DNA of 64,000 nucleotides from an uncultured Actinomycetes bacterium (GTDB lineage: Bacteria > Actinomycetota > Thermoleophilia > UBA2241): contig CAWAPD010000003.1 of NCBI GenBank assembly GCA_963783865.1, forward strand, positions 485,009-549,008, in the 5' to 3' direction. The position numbers and the translations under genes were made by a program. Positions 51,305 to 62,987 of this stretch are shown piece by piece. The notes under the pieces are model-generated. The model was not told the DNA's origin. It saw nothing but the letters and a program-made list of their open reading frames with translations, and did not search any database. Numbering within the stretch: position 1 is the first letter of the stretch; each line of letters begins with the position of its first letter.

Positions 51305-51315
51305 GCGTGCCCGGA

Positions 51316-52218
51316 TCAGGCCGAGAGCGTCGTCGCGAGCGGTCCGTTCACGCTCGCGTCGGCGTGCAGCGACACCCGGTTGCGCCCGCGCGACTTGGAC
51401 TGGTAGAGGGCCTCGTCGGCCTGCTCGATGAACAGCGTCTCGTCGGCCGAGCCCCGGCGGTAGGTGGCCACGCCGGCGCTGACGGTCACGAACACCTTGT
51501 CGCCGCCGCGCTGCTCCAGCCCGATCGTCTCGACGGCGTGACGCACGCGCTCGGCGAGCTCGTACCCGTCGCCGCCGTCGCCGCGGATCAGCAGCGCGAA
51601 CTCCTCGCCGCCGTAGCGCGCCGCCATGTCGGCCTCGCGCACGACCGACTGCAGGGTCAGGCCGATGCGCCGCAGCAGGTCGTTGCCGGACTCATGGCCG
51701 TGGCGGTCGTTGAACGCCTTGAAGTGGTCGACGTCGAACATGATCAGGGCCAGGTCGCCGCCGTAGCGGTCGGCCTTGGTGGTCTCGTTGTGCAGGTAGT
51801 CGACGAACGTGCCGTAGTTGTACAGGCCGGTCAGCCGGTCGGTGAGCGACGAGGCCTGCAGCACGCTCTGGAGCTGGTGGTGGTTGCGTTGCACGCGGCC
51901 CAGCACCAGGCCGGCGATGCTGAACATGACGAGGCCGATGATCGCCTGCCGGGTGGTCGCCGGGTCGGCGCCGTGCCGGGCGACGAAGTAGCCGACGAAC
52001 ACGGCGCCGACCCAGCCGCTCACGAGCAGGCTGCCGAGCTCGAAGAAGAAGACGGCGGCGAGGATCAGCGGGAAGATGAACAACGGCCACAGGTACAGGT
52101 CGCCGGTGCCGAACACGACCACCGACACGGCGACCAGCGCCGCCACCAGCAGGACGATGCGCTGCGGCGTGACGCGCCGTTCGGTGAGGTCGGGGTGAAG
52201 AGCCCCGGGTTGGTGCAT
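51316..52218 (-). CDS. membrane-anchored diguanylate cyclase (GGDEF, catalytically intact)
   Basis: N-terminal TM helices then DRLTGLYNYGTF, RYGGEEFALL, I-site-like RxxD absent; ATG 52218 after GGAGGA. Confidence 0.8.
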   Translation of the reverse strand: MHQPGALHPDLTERRVTPQRIVLLVAALVAVSVVVFGTGDLYLWPLFIFPLILAAVFFFELGSLLVSGWVGAVFVGYFVARHGADPATTRQAIIGLVMFSIAGLVLGRVQRNHHQLQSVLQASSLTDRLTGLYNYGTFVDYLHNETTKADRYGGDLALIMFDVDHFKAFNDRHGHESGNDLLRRIGLTLQSVVREADMAARYGGEEFALLIRGDGGDGYELAERVRHAVETIGLEQRGGDKVFVTVSAGVATYRRGSADETLFIEQADEALYQSKSRGRNRVSLHADASVNGPLATTLSA

Positions 52219-52383
52219 GGTCCTCCGCTCTCGTGGCTTCTTCCTACCTACGACGTGCTCGTAGGCAATCCTGCGCTCGAAGGCCACCGTCGCCAGGCGA
52301 GGCTACACCTGCGTCCTGGGGGGTCGGCGGACGGCGTCGCAGGTTCGGGGGAGCGTCCGGGCGGTGAAGTAGAATCCGGACCG

Positions 52384-53177
52384 ATGACCGACATCCTGCT
52401 GACCAACGACGACGGCATCACCTCGGAGGGCATCGCCGCGCTGCGGAGGCTTCTCGACCCGCTGGGCACGGTGCTCACGCTCGCCCCGGCCACCAACCGC
52501 AGCGCCATCGCGCGCAGCATCACGATCGGCGGTCCGCTGAGGGCGCGCAGCGTCGAGTTCGGCGAGGGCTACGAGGGCTTCGCCCTCGACGGCACACCGG
52601 CCGACTGCGTACGCGCGGCCGCCGCCGGCCTGCTGGGCCGGCGGCCGCGCGTCGTCGTGGCCGGCGCCAACCTCGGTCCCAACGTCGGCGACGACGTCGT
52701 CTACTCCGGCACCGTCGCGGCCGCCCTCGAGGCGGCCGCCTTCGGCATCCCGGCCGTCGCCGTCTCGATCGCCTCGCGGGCGCCGCGTCATCTCGACGAC
52801 GTCGCGCGCTTCGTCGTGCCCATCGTCGAGCGCGTCGCCGCCGGCGGCCTGCCGCCCGGCGACGCGCTCAACATCAACCTGCCAGACCTGCCGCTCCGCC
52901 GCGTCGCCGGCGTCGTCGTGGCGCGCATCGGCACGCACGGCCTGCGCGAGCGTCTCGTCGTGGAGTCCGCCGCCGGCGCCGAGCGCACCTTCACCTTCGC
53001 CGCCGGCCCGGCGGCGGCGCCGTCGCAGCCGGGTACCGACATCGAGGCTCTGGGCCGGGGCTGCGTCGTGATCACCCCGCTGCGCCTCGTCCTCGACTAC
53101 GACGTGGCGCAGGCGGCGGTGCGCGAGTGGGGCCTCGACGACTGGCTGTCGGCGCACCGTGACGGCCGGGCCGGCCG

Positions 53178-53181
<4 letters not shown>
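52384..53181 (+). CDS. surE: 5'/3'-nucleotidase SurE
   Basis: ILLTNDDGITSEGI N-terminal DDG motif and SurE-wide similarity. Confidence 0.85.
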
Positions 53182-55941
<2,760 letters not shown>

Positions 55942-55984
55942 CCCGGGGCGGCACGCGGCCCCGCGCGCCGATCGGTTCCGAGCC

Positions 55985-56240
55985 GCTTAACATTGCTTAA
56001 TGGTCGGTTAACGGAGCGTTCGTGCGCCCGGCGATAGAGTCGGCCTGCGTGATCCCCCCCAAGTGACCACGCACGCCAGCGACCAGCTGGCAGCTCCTCT
56101 CTTCTTCGGGCCGCCCCGGCCCCGGGCGGTTCCACCGAAGAAAGGGGCGCCGGCCCCGGCAAGAGCTCTTCGAGCCCGCCGGGGCCGGCGCCGTTCGGCC
56201 GTTAATCCCGGTTAAGGCGCGCTTAACACGGGCTTAACCA
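55985..56240. promoter_or_regulatory. cluster of AT-rich palindromic motifs (GTTAAC / GCTTAAC / CGTTAAT) and nested inverted repeats in the ligA-tRNA-Thr intergenic region
   Basis: CGCTTAACATTGCTTAATGGTCGGTTAACGG (55985-56014); GGCCGTTAATCCCGGTTAAGGCGCGCTTAACACGGGCTTAACC (56199-56240); 15-bp inverted repeat GGCGCCGGCCCCGGC...GCCGGGGCCGGCGCC (56146-56192); CTTCTTCGG...CCGAAGAAG (56101-56142). Confidence 0.4.
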
Positions 56241-56291
56241 GAGCCCTCGATACTCTTGTAGACCCCCCTCAAGGGCATCCCCAAGCCCTTC

Positions 56292-56329
56292 AACGGGCCC
56301 CGTTCCCCACGGGGCCCGTTGTCTTTTCC
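56292..56329 (+). terminator. rho-independent terminator (hairpin + T-tract) about 350 nt downstream of ligA
   Basis: AACGGGCCCC-GTTCCCCAC-GGGGCCCGTT followed by GTCTTTTCC. Confidence 0.65.
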
Positions 56330-56461
56330 AGACCGGTAGCATCTCAGTATCCGGCCGCCTGCAGGCTGAGAACTGACGGCAGGCGCCCCGCCGCCACCGG
56401 CGCCTGCCCCAGGCCGTCGGCGTTCACGCCGGTCGCGCCCACCTGTAGACTCTACGCTGGC

Positions 56462-56537
56462 GCCGGCGTAGCTCAGTTGGCAGAGCAGCTGTCTTGTAAA
56501 CAGCAGGTCGACGGTTCGATTCCGCCCGCCGGCTCCA
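56462..56537 (+). tRNA. tRNA-Thr (anticodon TGT), CCA encoded
   Basis: Acceptor GCCGGCG/CGCCGGC, D-arm TAGCTCAGTTGGCAGAGC, anticodon loop CTTGTAA, T-loop GGTTCGATTCC. Confidence 0.9.
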
Positions 56538-56565
56538 GCCGTGCACTGCGGTCCGAGGAGGGATC

Positions 56566-56718
56566 GTGAAGCAACGCGATCTCGTGCGCGTCGGGCTTGT
56601 CGTCCTGTGGGCGGTGTTGTTGCTCGCCTACGTCGTCACCCACAGCGCCCTCTTCCTCGTGGCCTCGATCGTCGTGATCGCCCTGCAGGTCGTGTCGACG
56701 GGCATGCTGCGTCGCTGA
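56566..56718 (+). CDS. small hydrophobic membrane protein (50 aa), hypothetical
   Basis: GTG 5 nt after GAGGAGGG; VKQRDLVRVGLVVLWAVLLLAYVVTHSALFLVASIVVIALQVVSTGMLRR; below ORF-track length cut-off. Confidence 0.3.
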   Translation: MKQRDLVRVGLVVLWAVLLLAYVVTHSALFLVASIVVIALQVVSTGMLRR

Positions 56719-56923
56719 CGCCGCGGAGCGGGCGCTCGCCGCGCGAACTTGTGCGTTCTTGGGCACCTCCGTGACACGCCCGCCCGGCGGCGATACGCTC
56801 GCCGTCGGCGGCCGCCGTGGCCGCCGTGACTCCGTTGCCGGTGCCGCCGGACCCGCGGCAGGTCCGGGGGTGTGATCCCCGCACCGGCGGGCGGTCGTGA
56901 ACGCGGATCACGTGGAGGTGTGC

Positions 56924-58324
56924 GTGGAGTCGAAGATCCGTACCCGTATGGGCGACGGCGCCCTCGTCGAGACGACCCCGTCCGAGATCAGAGCCGATCT
57001 CGAGGCAGGCACTCAGCAGGCCGCCAAGCGCTCGAAGTACCCCGAGCTCACCAGCGACGAGCTCGACCACCTGCTCGACATCTTCGCGTCGAACAGCCGG
57101 GTGACCGGCGTCGACATCGGCGACGAGGTCGTCCTCAGCTACGACGGCTGCGGCAGCCAGGACATGGGGACCCGTATCAACGACCTCCAGGTCTACGAGC
57201 AGATCCTCTGCGCCGACTCGCTCGAGATGTACAGCCACGACTACTCGTACAAGCCGTGCAAGCCCCTCGTGCCTTACGAGCAGGCGATCATGCGCCAGGC
57301 GCAGTGGCTGCTGACGGCGCCCTGCGGCTACGGGGCGATGAGCGACCTCGGGCGCTACACCGTGCCCGACGGCCCGGTCGTCAACTGGTCGCAGCTGCTG
57401 CCGCTGGGCCAGATCGACGAGGCTCGGGCGGCCCAGGAAGAGGCCGTCGAGCTCGCCGCCGACGACATGGTGTTCGTGGCCGAGGGCATGGTCGAGGCCG
57501 GCGTCGACCACATCGACTTCGACACGGCCGGAGCGGCCGGCGACGCCGACTTCCTGGCCACGCTCAAGGCGATCGAGCGGCTGCGCGCCGCCTATCCCGA
57601 CTTGGGCATCCAGATCGGCATGGCCGGCGAGTTCGTGCTCGGCATGCACGGCGAGCTCGAGTACGACGGCAGGCGCCTGGCCGGCATGTGGCCGGTGCAG
57701 CAGATGGAGGCGGCGGCCAAGGCCGGCGTCACCATCTTCGGGCCGGCCGTCAACACCAACACCGGCAAGTCGATCGCCTGGAACGTGGCCCGCGTGCTGA
57801 CCATCTGCAAGCCGGTCTGCGAGCAGTCCACCGTGCCGGTGCACGTGAACGGCGGGATGGGCGTGGGCGGCGTGCCGATGCACATCACGCCGCCCGGCGA
57901 CGCGACGACCAGAGCCTCGCGGGCCTGCGTCGACATCCTGCGCCTCGACGGGTTGTAGGTGGGCGCCGGTGACGTCTACGGCCAGGCGACGGCGCACAGT
58001 GTCGCCTCGAGCATGGGCGGTATCCGCACTGCGGGAGATCTCGTAGCCAGGATGCAGTTCACCCGGGGCATGAGGAACATCGAGGCCAAGCGGTACGTGG
58101 CCGAGAAGCTGGGCGTGTCGGCGCTCGACCTGGTCGACCCGGTCGTGATGCTCGACGTGCGCAAGGAGTTCGGCCTGGGGTCGATGTACGAGTCCGAGAT
58201 CTCGGGACCCGACGACCCGCTCGCCATCGAGGCCAAGTTCAACATCTCGAAGGTGCTCGACGTCCCCATCAACTGCGTCGAGCGTTTCAAGGAGAAGAGC
58301 GGCCGGGCGGCGGCCCGGGCGTAG
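56924..58324 (+). CDS. mtbB: dimethylamine:corrinoid methyltransferase MtbB homolog (Dimeth_Pyl family), copy 1, with in-frame TAG (putative pyrrolysine codon) at 57956-57958
   Basis: Conserved MtbB blocks on both sides of the TAG: TRMGDG, YGAMSDLGRYTVPDGP, DFDTAGAAGD, GMAGEFVLGMHGELEYDG, FGPAVNTNTGKSIAWNVARV, GMGVGGVPM, then DGL-TAG-VGAGD...[19 protein letters not shown]...EAKRYVAEKLGV; the ORF track splits it into 56897..57958 and 57959..58324; GGAGG RBS before GTG 56924. Confidence 0.75.
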
Positions 58325-58351
58325 CCCAAGGCCGCCGCTCGTGCGGCAGGA

Positions 58352-58392
58352 GGGGCGGCGGCGTGGCGGATGCCACGCCGCCGCCCCTTTCG
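58352..58392 (+). terminator. rho-independent terminator after mtbB copy 1 (also terminates convergent PHP gene)
   Basis: GGGGCGGCGGCGTGGC-GGAT-GCCACGCCGCCGCCCC followed by TTTCG. Confidence 0.7.
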
Positions 58393-58447
58393 CGTCTCGG
58401 CGCCGCGGCCGGGCGCGGCAGGCCGGCCGAGTCGGCCGGCCAAGGAG

Positions 58448-59251
58448 CTACGGCAGCGGCACCGGCGTCCGGTCCGACAGCCTGAGAGTCTCGGTGTAGC
58501 CGGCCGCGCGCGCCGCGGCCACGCCCTCCTCGAAGAGCATCCCGATGTCGCCGAGCTCGTGGGCGTCCGAGCCGAACACCAGCGGGATCCCCAGCTCGCG
58601 GGCGCGGGCGAGCTGGCGTGGGGAGGGGTACATCGCGCCGGCGGGGTCGAGCACGCCGCCGGTGTTCAGCTCGAGCGCCATGCCGGCGGCGGCGACGGCG
58701 GCCAGGGCCCGGTCCTCCCACCTGGTCACGTCGGCGGCGGGACGGTGGCCCCACAGGCTCACGTAGTCGAAGTGCGCGAGCACGGCGAAGAGCCCCGACC
58801 GCGCGGCCCGCTCGACCACGGCGTAGTAGTCGCGGTAGACGGCGTCGACGTCGTCCCAGCGCGAGTCACGGCGCTTGTCGTCGTCGCCGGCGAAGTCGAA
58901 GTCGCCGACGAAGTGGACCGAACCGAGCGCATAGTCGAAGGGGTGGGCCGCCAGCGCCTCGGCCAGCCAATCCTCGCGCTCGGGCAGGTAGTCGGCCTCG
59001 ACCCCCAGCAGCACGGTGATCTCGGGATGGCGGTCGGCCGCGTCCTCCACGTCGGCCACGTAGCGCTCGAGGAGGGACGGCGCGACGCCGTACTCGCCGA
59101 CGGTTCCGAGGCCGGGCGGGACGAGGTGGTCGGTGATGCCGATCTCGGCCAGCCCGAGCGCGACGGCGCGCTCGACCACGTCGTCGATCTCACCAGTGCC
59201 GTCGGAGTAGCGGGTGTGCAGGTGGTAGTCGCCGAGCAGGTGGTAGTCCAT
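58448..59251 (-). CDS. PHP-family hydrolase, histidinol-phosphatase (HisK)-like
   Basis: YHLHTRYSDG, ITDH, HF..., SDAH PHP metal-ligand motifs, about 267 aa typical of HisK-type HolPases; ATG 59251. Confidence 0.7.
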   Translation of the reverse strand: MDYHLLGDYHLHTRYSDGTGEIDDVVERAVALGLAEIGITDHLVPPGLGTVGEYGVAPSLLERYVADVEDAADRHPEITVLLGVEADYLPEREDWLAEALAAHPFDYALGSVHFVGDFDFAGDDDKRRDSRWDDVDAVYRDYYAVVERAARSGLFAVLAHFDYVSLWGHRPAADVTRWEDRALAAVAAAGMALELNTGGVLDPAGAMYPSPRQLARARELGIPLVFGSDAHELGDIGMLFEEGVAAARAAGYTETLRLSDRTPVPLP

Positions 59252-59437
59252 GGACCCTCCAGCGGATGGCCGCGGCCGGGGCCGCGGAGCGCCGACCACT
59301 ATGGCCCGGCGCGCCGGCGCGGTCAAGCGCGGCGGCGGGCGGCGGGGCGGCAGGCGCCGCCCGCCGCCCCGCCGTGTTTGGCCGCCGCCCCAGCGGGAAC
59401 CAGCGACGCGACAGTACGACCCTTCCCGAAAGGCATC

Positions 59438-60469
59438 ATGCGCATCGCCGTCTTCTCGACCCACAGCCACGACCGCGAGTTCCTGACCGCGGCCGACGTC
59501 GACCACCACCACGAGCTCGTGTTCTTCGAGCCGCGACTGTCCGCCGGCACGGCTGCCCTGGCCGACGGCTTCCCCGTCGTCTGCGCCTTCGTCAACGACG
59601 AGCTCGACCAGCGCACCCTCGAGATCCTGGCCGCCGGTGGCACCGGGCTCGTCGCTCTGCGCTCGGCGGGGTTCAACAACGTCGATCTCGCCGCGGCCCG
59701 CGACGTGGGGCTGCGCGTCGTCCGGGTGCCCGCCTACTCGCCGCACGCCGTTGCAGAGCACACGATCGCCTTGATCCTGGCGCTCGACCGCAAGATCAAC
59801 CGCGCCTCGACGCGCGTGCACGACGGCAACTTCTCCCTCGACGGCCTGCTGGGGTTCGACCTGGCCGGCCGGACCGCGGGCGTCGTCGGCACCGGCGCCA
59901 TCGGCGCCACGGTCGCGCAGATCCTCAGTGGCTTCGGCATGCGGGTCCTGGCGACCGATCCGGTAGAGAATCCCCGCGTGACGGCGCTCGGCGCCGAGTA
60001 CGTCTCGCTTGGCCCTCTGCTGTCCGCCTCGGACGTCGTCTCGTTGCATCTGCCGCTGACTGCCGAGACCCACCACCTGATCGACGAGCGCACGATCGAG
60101 CAGATGAAGCCGGGGGCGATGCTCATCAACACCAGCCGCGGCGGCCTCATCGATTCGCGCGCGGTCATCCACGGCCTCAAGTCGGGGCGCATCGGCTACC
60201 TGGGCCTCGACGTCTACGAGGAGGAGACCGACCTGTTCTCGTACGACCTGTCGGGCCAGATCATCCAGGACGACGTCTTCAGCCGCCTGATCACCTTCCC
60301 CAACGTGGTCGTCACCGCCCATCAGGGCTTCTTCACGGTCGAGGCTCTGCAGGAGATCGCCCGCGTCACGCTGCGCAACGTCGACGCCTTCGCTGCCGGC
60401 GGGCCGCTGGAGAACGAGGTCCGCCCGCTGCAGCCGGTCCGCGACCGCGACCACCTGCGTGCGGCCTGA
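59438..60469 (+). CDS. ldhA: D-isomer-specific 2-hydroxyacid dehydrogenase, fermentative D-lactate dehydrogenase (LdhA)-like
   Basis: Near-collinear with E. coli LdhA: CAFVNDE, LRSAGFNNVDL, VVRVPAYSPHAVAEH, GVVGTGAIG (NAD fold), LHLPLT, NTSRGGLIDS catalytic triad region; ATG after GAAAGG. Confidence 0.85.
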   Translation: MRIAVFSTHSHDREFLTAADVDHHHELVFFEPRLSAGTAALADGFPVVCAFVNDELDQRTLEILAAGGTGLVALRSAGFNNVDLAAARDVGLRVVRVPAYSPHAVAEHTIALILALDRKINRASTRVHDGNFSLDGLLGFDLAGRTAGVVGTGAIGATVAQILSGFGMRVLATDPVENPRVTALGAEYVSLGPLLSASDVVSLHLPLTAETHHLIDERTIEQMKPGAMLINTSRGGLIDSRAVIHGLKSGRIGYLGLDVYEEETDLFSYDLSGQIIQDDVFSRLITFPNVVVTAHQGFFTVEALQEIARVTLRNVDAFAAGGPLENEVRPLQPVRDRDHLRAA

Positions 60470-60659
60470 CCCGACCCCCCGACCCAGACAGCCCCGATAG
60501 CCCACCGCGCCGGGTGGCGACCCCCCGAGCGGGGGCGATAGGATGGGCCCACGGCCCGGGAGGAGCCCGTTCGCGTCTCGCTCGCAGAAGTGCGTCCCCG
60601 GGCCGCCGGCCGCCCGCCCGGTGCGCGCCGGCCCACCCTGAGCAGTGGAGGTGATGCGC

Positions 60660-62046
60660 TTGGAACCGAAGATCCCTACCCGCATGGGTGACGGGTCGCT
60701 CGTCGAGATGACCCGGTCCGAGATCGAGGCCGATCTCCTGGAGGGCACCCGGCAGGCGGCGAAGCGGGCCAAGTGCGACCCGCTCACGCAGGACGAGCTC
60801 GATCACCTTCTCGACATCTACGCCTCGGCGGCGCGCTTCACGGCGGTCGACATCGGCGACGAGGTCGTGATGAGCAACGACGGCACTGGGACCAAGCACA
60901 TCGGCAACCGGGTGCAGGACCTGCAGACCTACGAGCAGGCGCTCGGCGTCGACATGGTCGAGCTGTGGCAGATCGACTACTCCTACAAGGCGATCAAGCC
61001 CAACATCGCGCACGAGAAGCAGTCGATGAAGATCGCCCAGGCGCTGCTCACCAACCCGGTGCAGTACGGGGCGATGCCCGACCTCGGGCGCTACTCCAAG
61101 CCCGACGGGCCGATCGACAACTGGTCGGAGCTGCTGCCGCTGATGAAGATCGACGAGGCCCGCGTCGCCCAGGTCGAGGCGGCGAAGATGCTCGTCGAAG
61201 ACATCGACTTCGTCGCCGGGCACATGGTCGAGGCGGGCACCGACGGCATCGACTTCGACACGACGGGGGCGGCCGGCGACGCCGACTTCTTCGCCGGGCT
61301 CACCGCCTGCCGACGGCTGCGCGAGAAGTACCCGTGGCTGGGCATCGAGATCGGCATGGCGAGCGAGTTCGTGCTCGGCATGCACGGCGAGCTCGAGTTC
61401 GACGGCGAGCGGCTGGCCGGCATGTGGCCCAAGGACCAGGTGCGGATGGTCCAGCAGGCCGGGGCCTCGATCTACGGGCCGGCCGTCAACATCAACACCG
61501 GCAAGTCGACCGCCTGGAACATCGCCCGGGCGATCACCTTCATCAAGCCCGCGATGGCGGTCGCCGAGATCCCCGTGCACGTGAACGTCGGCATGGGCGT
61601 CGGCGGCGTGCCGACGTGCGTCTACCCGCCGGCCGACGCGACCTCGCGGGCCAGCAAGGCCTTCGTCGAGATCCTGAAGATCGACGGCTACTAGGTGGGG
61701 ACGGGCGACCCCCTCGGCATGGAGTCGGCGCACACGCAGGCTTCGGGCATGGGCGGAATGCGGACCGCGGGAGATCTCGTGGCTCGCATGCAGATGACCC
61801 GGAGGATGCGCCTCAAGGAGGCCAAGCAGTACGTGGCCGGCAAGCTGGGCTGCGGCGTGCGCGACCTGTCCGACCCGACGGCGATGGAGCAGATCAGGCT
61901 CGAGAAGGGCCTCGGCACGCTGCCGTTCACCTCGTCGGTGCACCCAGGCCGAGGCCGGCATGATGGAGGCCAAGTTCAACATCGCCAAGATGCTCGGCGT
62001 CGAGATCAACTGCGTCGAGCGCTTCAAGGAGCGCGCCGGGCTGTAG
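60660..62046 (+). pseudogene. mtbB: MtbB homolog copy 2: in-frame TAG at 61692-61694 at the same alignment position as copy 1, plus an apparent +1 frameshift near 61945-61960 (possible pseudogene or sequencing error)
   Basis: [39 protein letters not shown] conserved around TAG; C-terminal MMEAKFNIAKMLGVEINCVERFKERAGL is recovered only in the +1 frame from about 61960; the in-frame reading continues spuriously to 62804. Confidence 0.55.
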
Positions 62047-62074
62047 GGGCGGCTCGCTCTCGCGCGGAATACCC

Positions 62075-62118
62075 GGGCGGGGGCGGGGCGCGGCGGGAGC
62101 CGCGCCCCGCCCCCGCCC
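62075..62118. terminator. bidirectional GC hairpin between mtbB copy 2 and convergent secreted-protein gene
   Basis: 20-bp perfect stem GGGCGGGGGCGGGGCGCGGC / GCCGCGCCCCGCCCCCGCCC with GGGA loop. Confidence 0.6.
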
Positions 62119-62120
62119 TT

Positions 62121-62741
62121 CTACTTGAGCCGCGCGAGGAACGTCACGCTCCCGAACGGGTCGCCCGGGGCCGGCGCGAGACCGAACACGCCGTCGATCG
62201 CGCCCACCGAGGTCGCGTTGAAGAACAGAAGGACGTTCGTGACCTTCACGTACTTGCGGCCGTGGATGGTCACCACCGACGGTATCGAGCCCATGAGGTT
62301 CTCGTCGAAGAAGTTCGCCGAGCGGGTGCCGTTGACGGAGATCGAGAAGCCGGTACCGGTGTTCACGCCCGCGCGCCAGCCTTTCAGGTCGAGCAGGAGG
62401 AAGGTGCTCGTGCCTGGACTCACGTAGGCAAGCCCGCCTCTGAGCAGGAAGGTGCCGTGCGCCCCGGCGCCCGGGGTCCAGGTGCCACCGCGGATCGGCA
62501 TCGTGAACGTCGCGTCGGATGTCGTGAACGACATCCTCGCGGGGGGGATCGGGTACGGGGGGAGGCTGGAGCCGATGAAATCACCGGTCTCCGTGGGGTC
62601 GAGGGTGAAGGTCGCCGTCCCGGCTCCCAGCGTGTGGACGGCCGCGCCGGCCGCGGCCGGCGCGAGCAGGAGCAGCAGGCAGGCTGTGAGGGTCAGGGCG
62701 AGAGCTGTCGGCACGCGCCGGCGCTGGCGAACGGTGCTCAT
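62121..62741 (-). CDS. secreted hypothetical protein with signal peptide (possible lipoprotein)
   Basis: N-terminus MSTVRQRRRVPTALALTLTACLLLLLAPAAAGAA then Thr/Gly-rich beta-type sequence; no known domain. Confidence 0.5.
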   Translation of the reverse strand: MSTVRQRRRVPTALALTLTACLLLLLAPAAAGAAVHTLGAGTATFTLDPTETGDFIGSSLPPYPIPPARMSFTTSDATFTMPIRGGTWTPGAGAHGTFLLRGGLAYVSPGTSTFLLLDLKGWRAGVNTGTGFSISVNGTRSANFFDENLMGSIPSVVTIHGRKYVKVTNVLLFFNATSVGAIDGVFGLAPAPGDPFGSVTFLARLK

Positions 62742-62987
62742 GAGTGGACCTCCCTCATTTCCGCGAACGGTCGTGTCGTCGAAGTCTTCCCGGGGTGGCG
62801 CTGAGCAGTCGCGATGGCCCGTGGCGGGCCGGCATGCAAGCCACGCCTTGCCGCCACGGAAGCGGCTGGGGTACGATGCACCCTACCTGTCGAACGTTCA
62901 GAGTCGCTTCGCTGCCACGCACGGGGGCTTCCTGGGAGGGGGCCGCTCCGCGGAGCCGGAGGCCGTGAAGCCGCGGAGGTGAAGCTG

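Noticed and set aside
55942-56335. RNase P RNA, tmRNA or SRP RNA in the structured ligA-tRNA-Thr spacer
   Set aside because: Hallmark cores were not found: AGGAAAGUCCGGGCUCC and ACAGAACCCGGCUUA for RNase P, GGAAGCAGCC for SRP, and a tRNA-like CCA end for tmRNA. Left as an unassigned ncRNA/regulatory candidate.
57959-58324. Stand-alone 121-aa gene starting at GTG 57959
   Set aside because: It has no RBS. It is contiguous with and collinear to the C-terminal part of MtbB-family proteins, and the same arrangement recurs at copy 2. It is best explained as the post-pyrrolysine segment of a single read-through CDS.
61695-62804. 369-aa plus-strand ORF downstream of the copy-2 TAG
   Set aside because: It loses MtbB similarity after about 85 codons because of a frameshift. 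The conserved C-terminus is in the +1 frame ending at 62046. The remainder is antisense to the secreted-protein gene.
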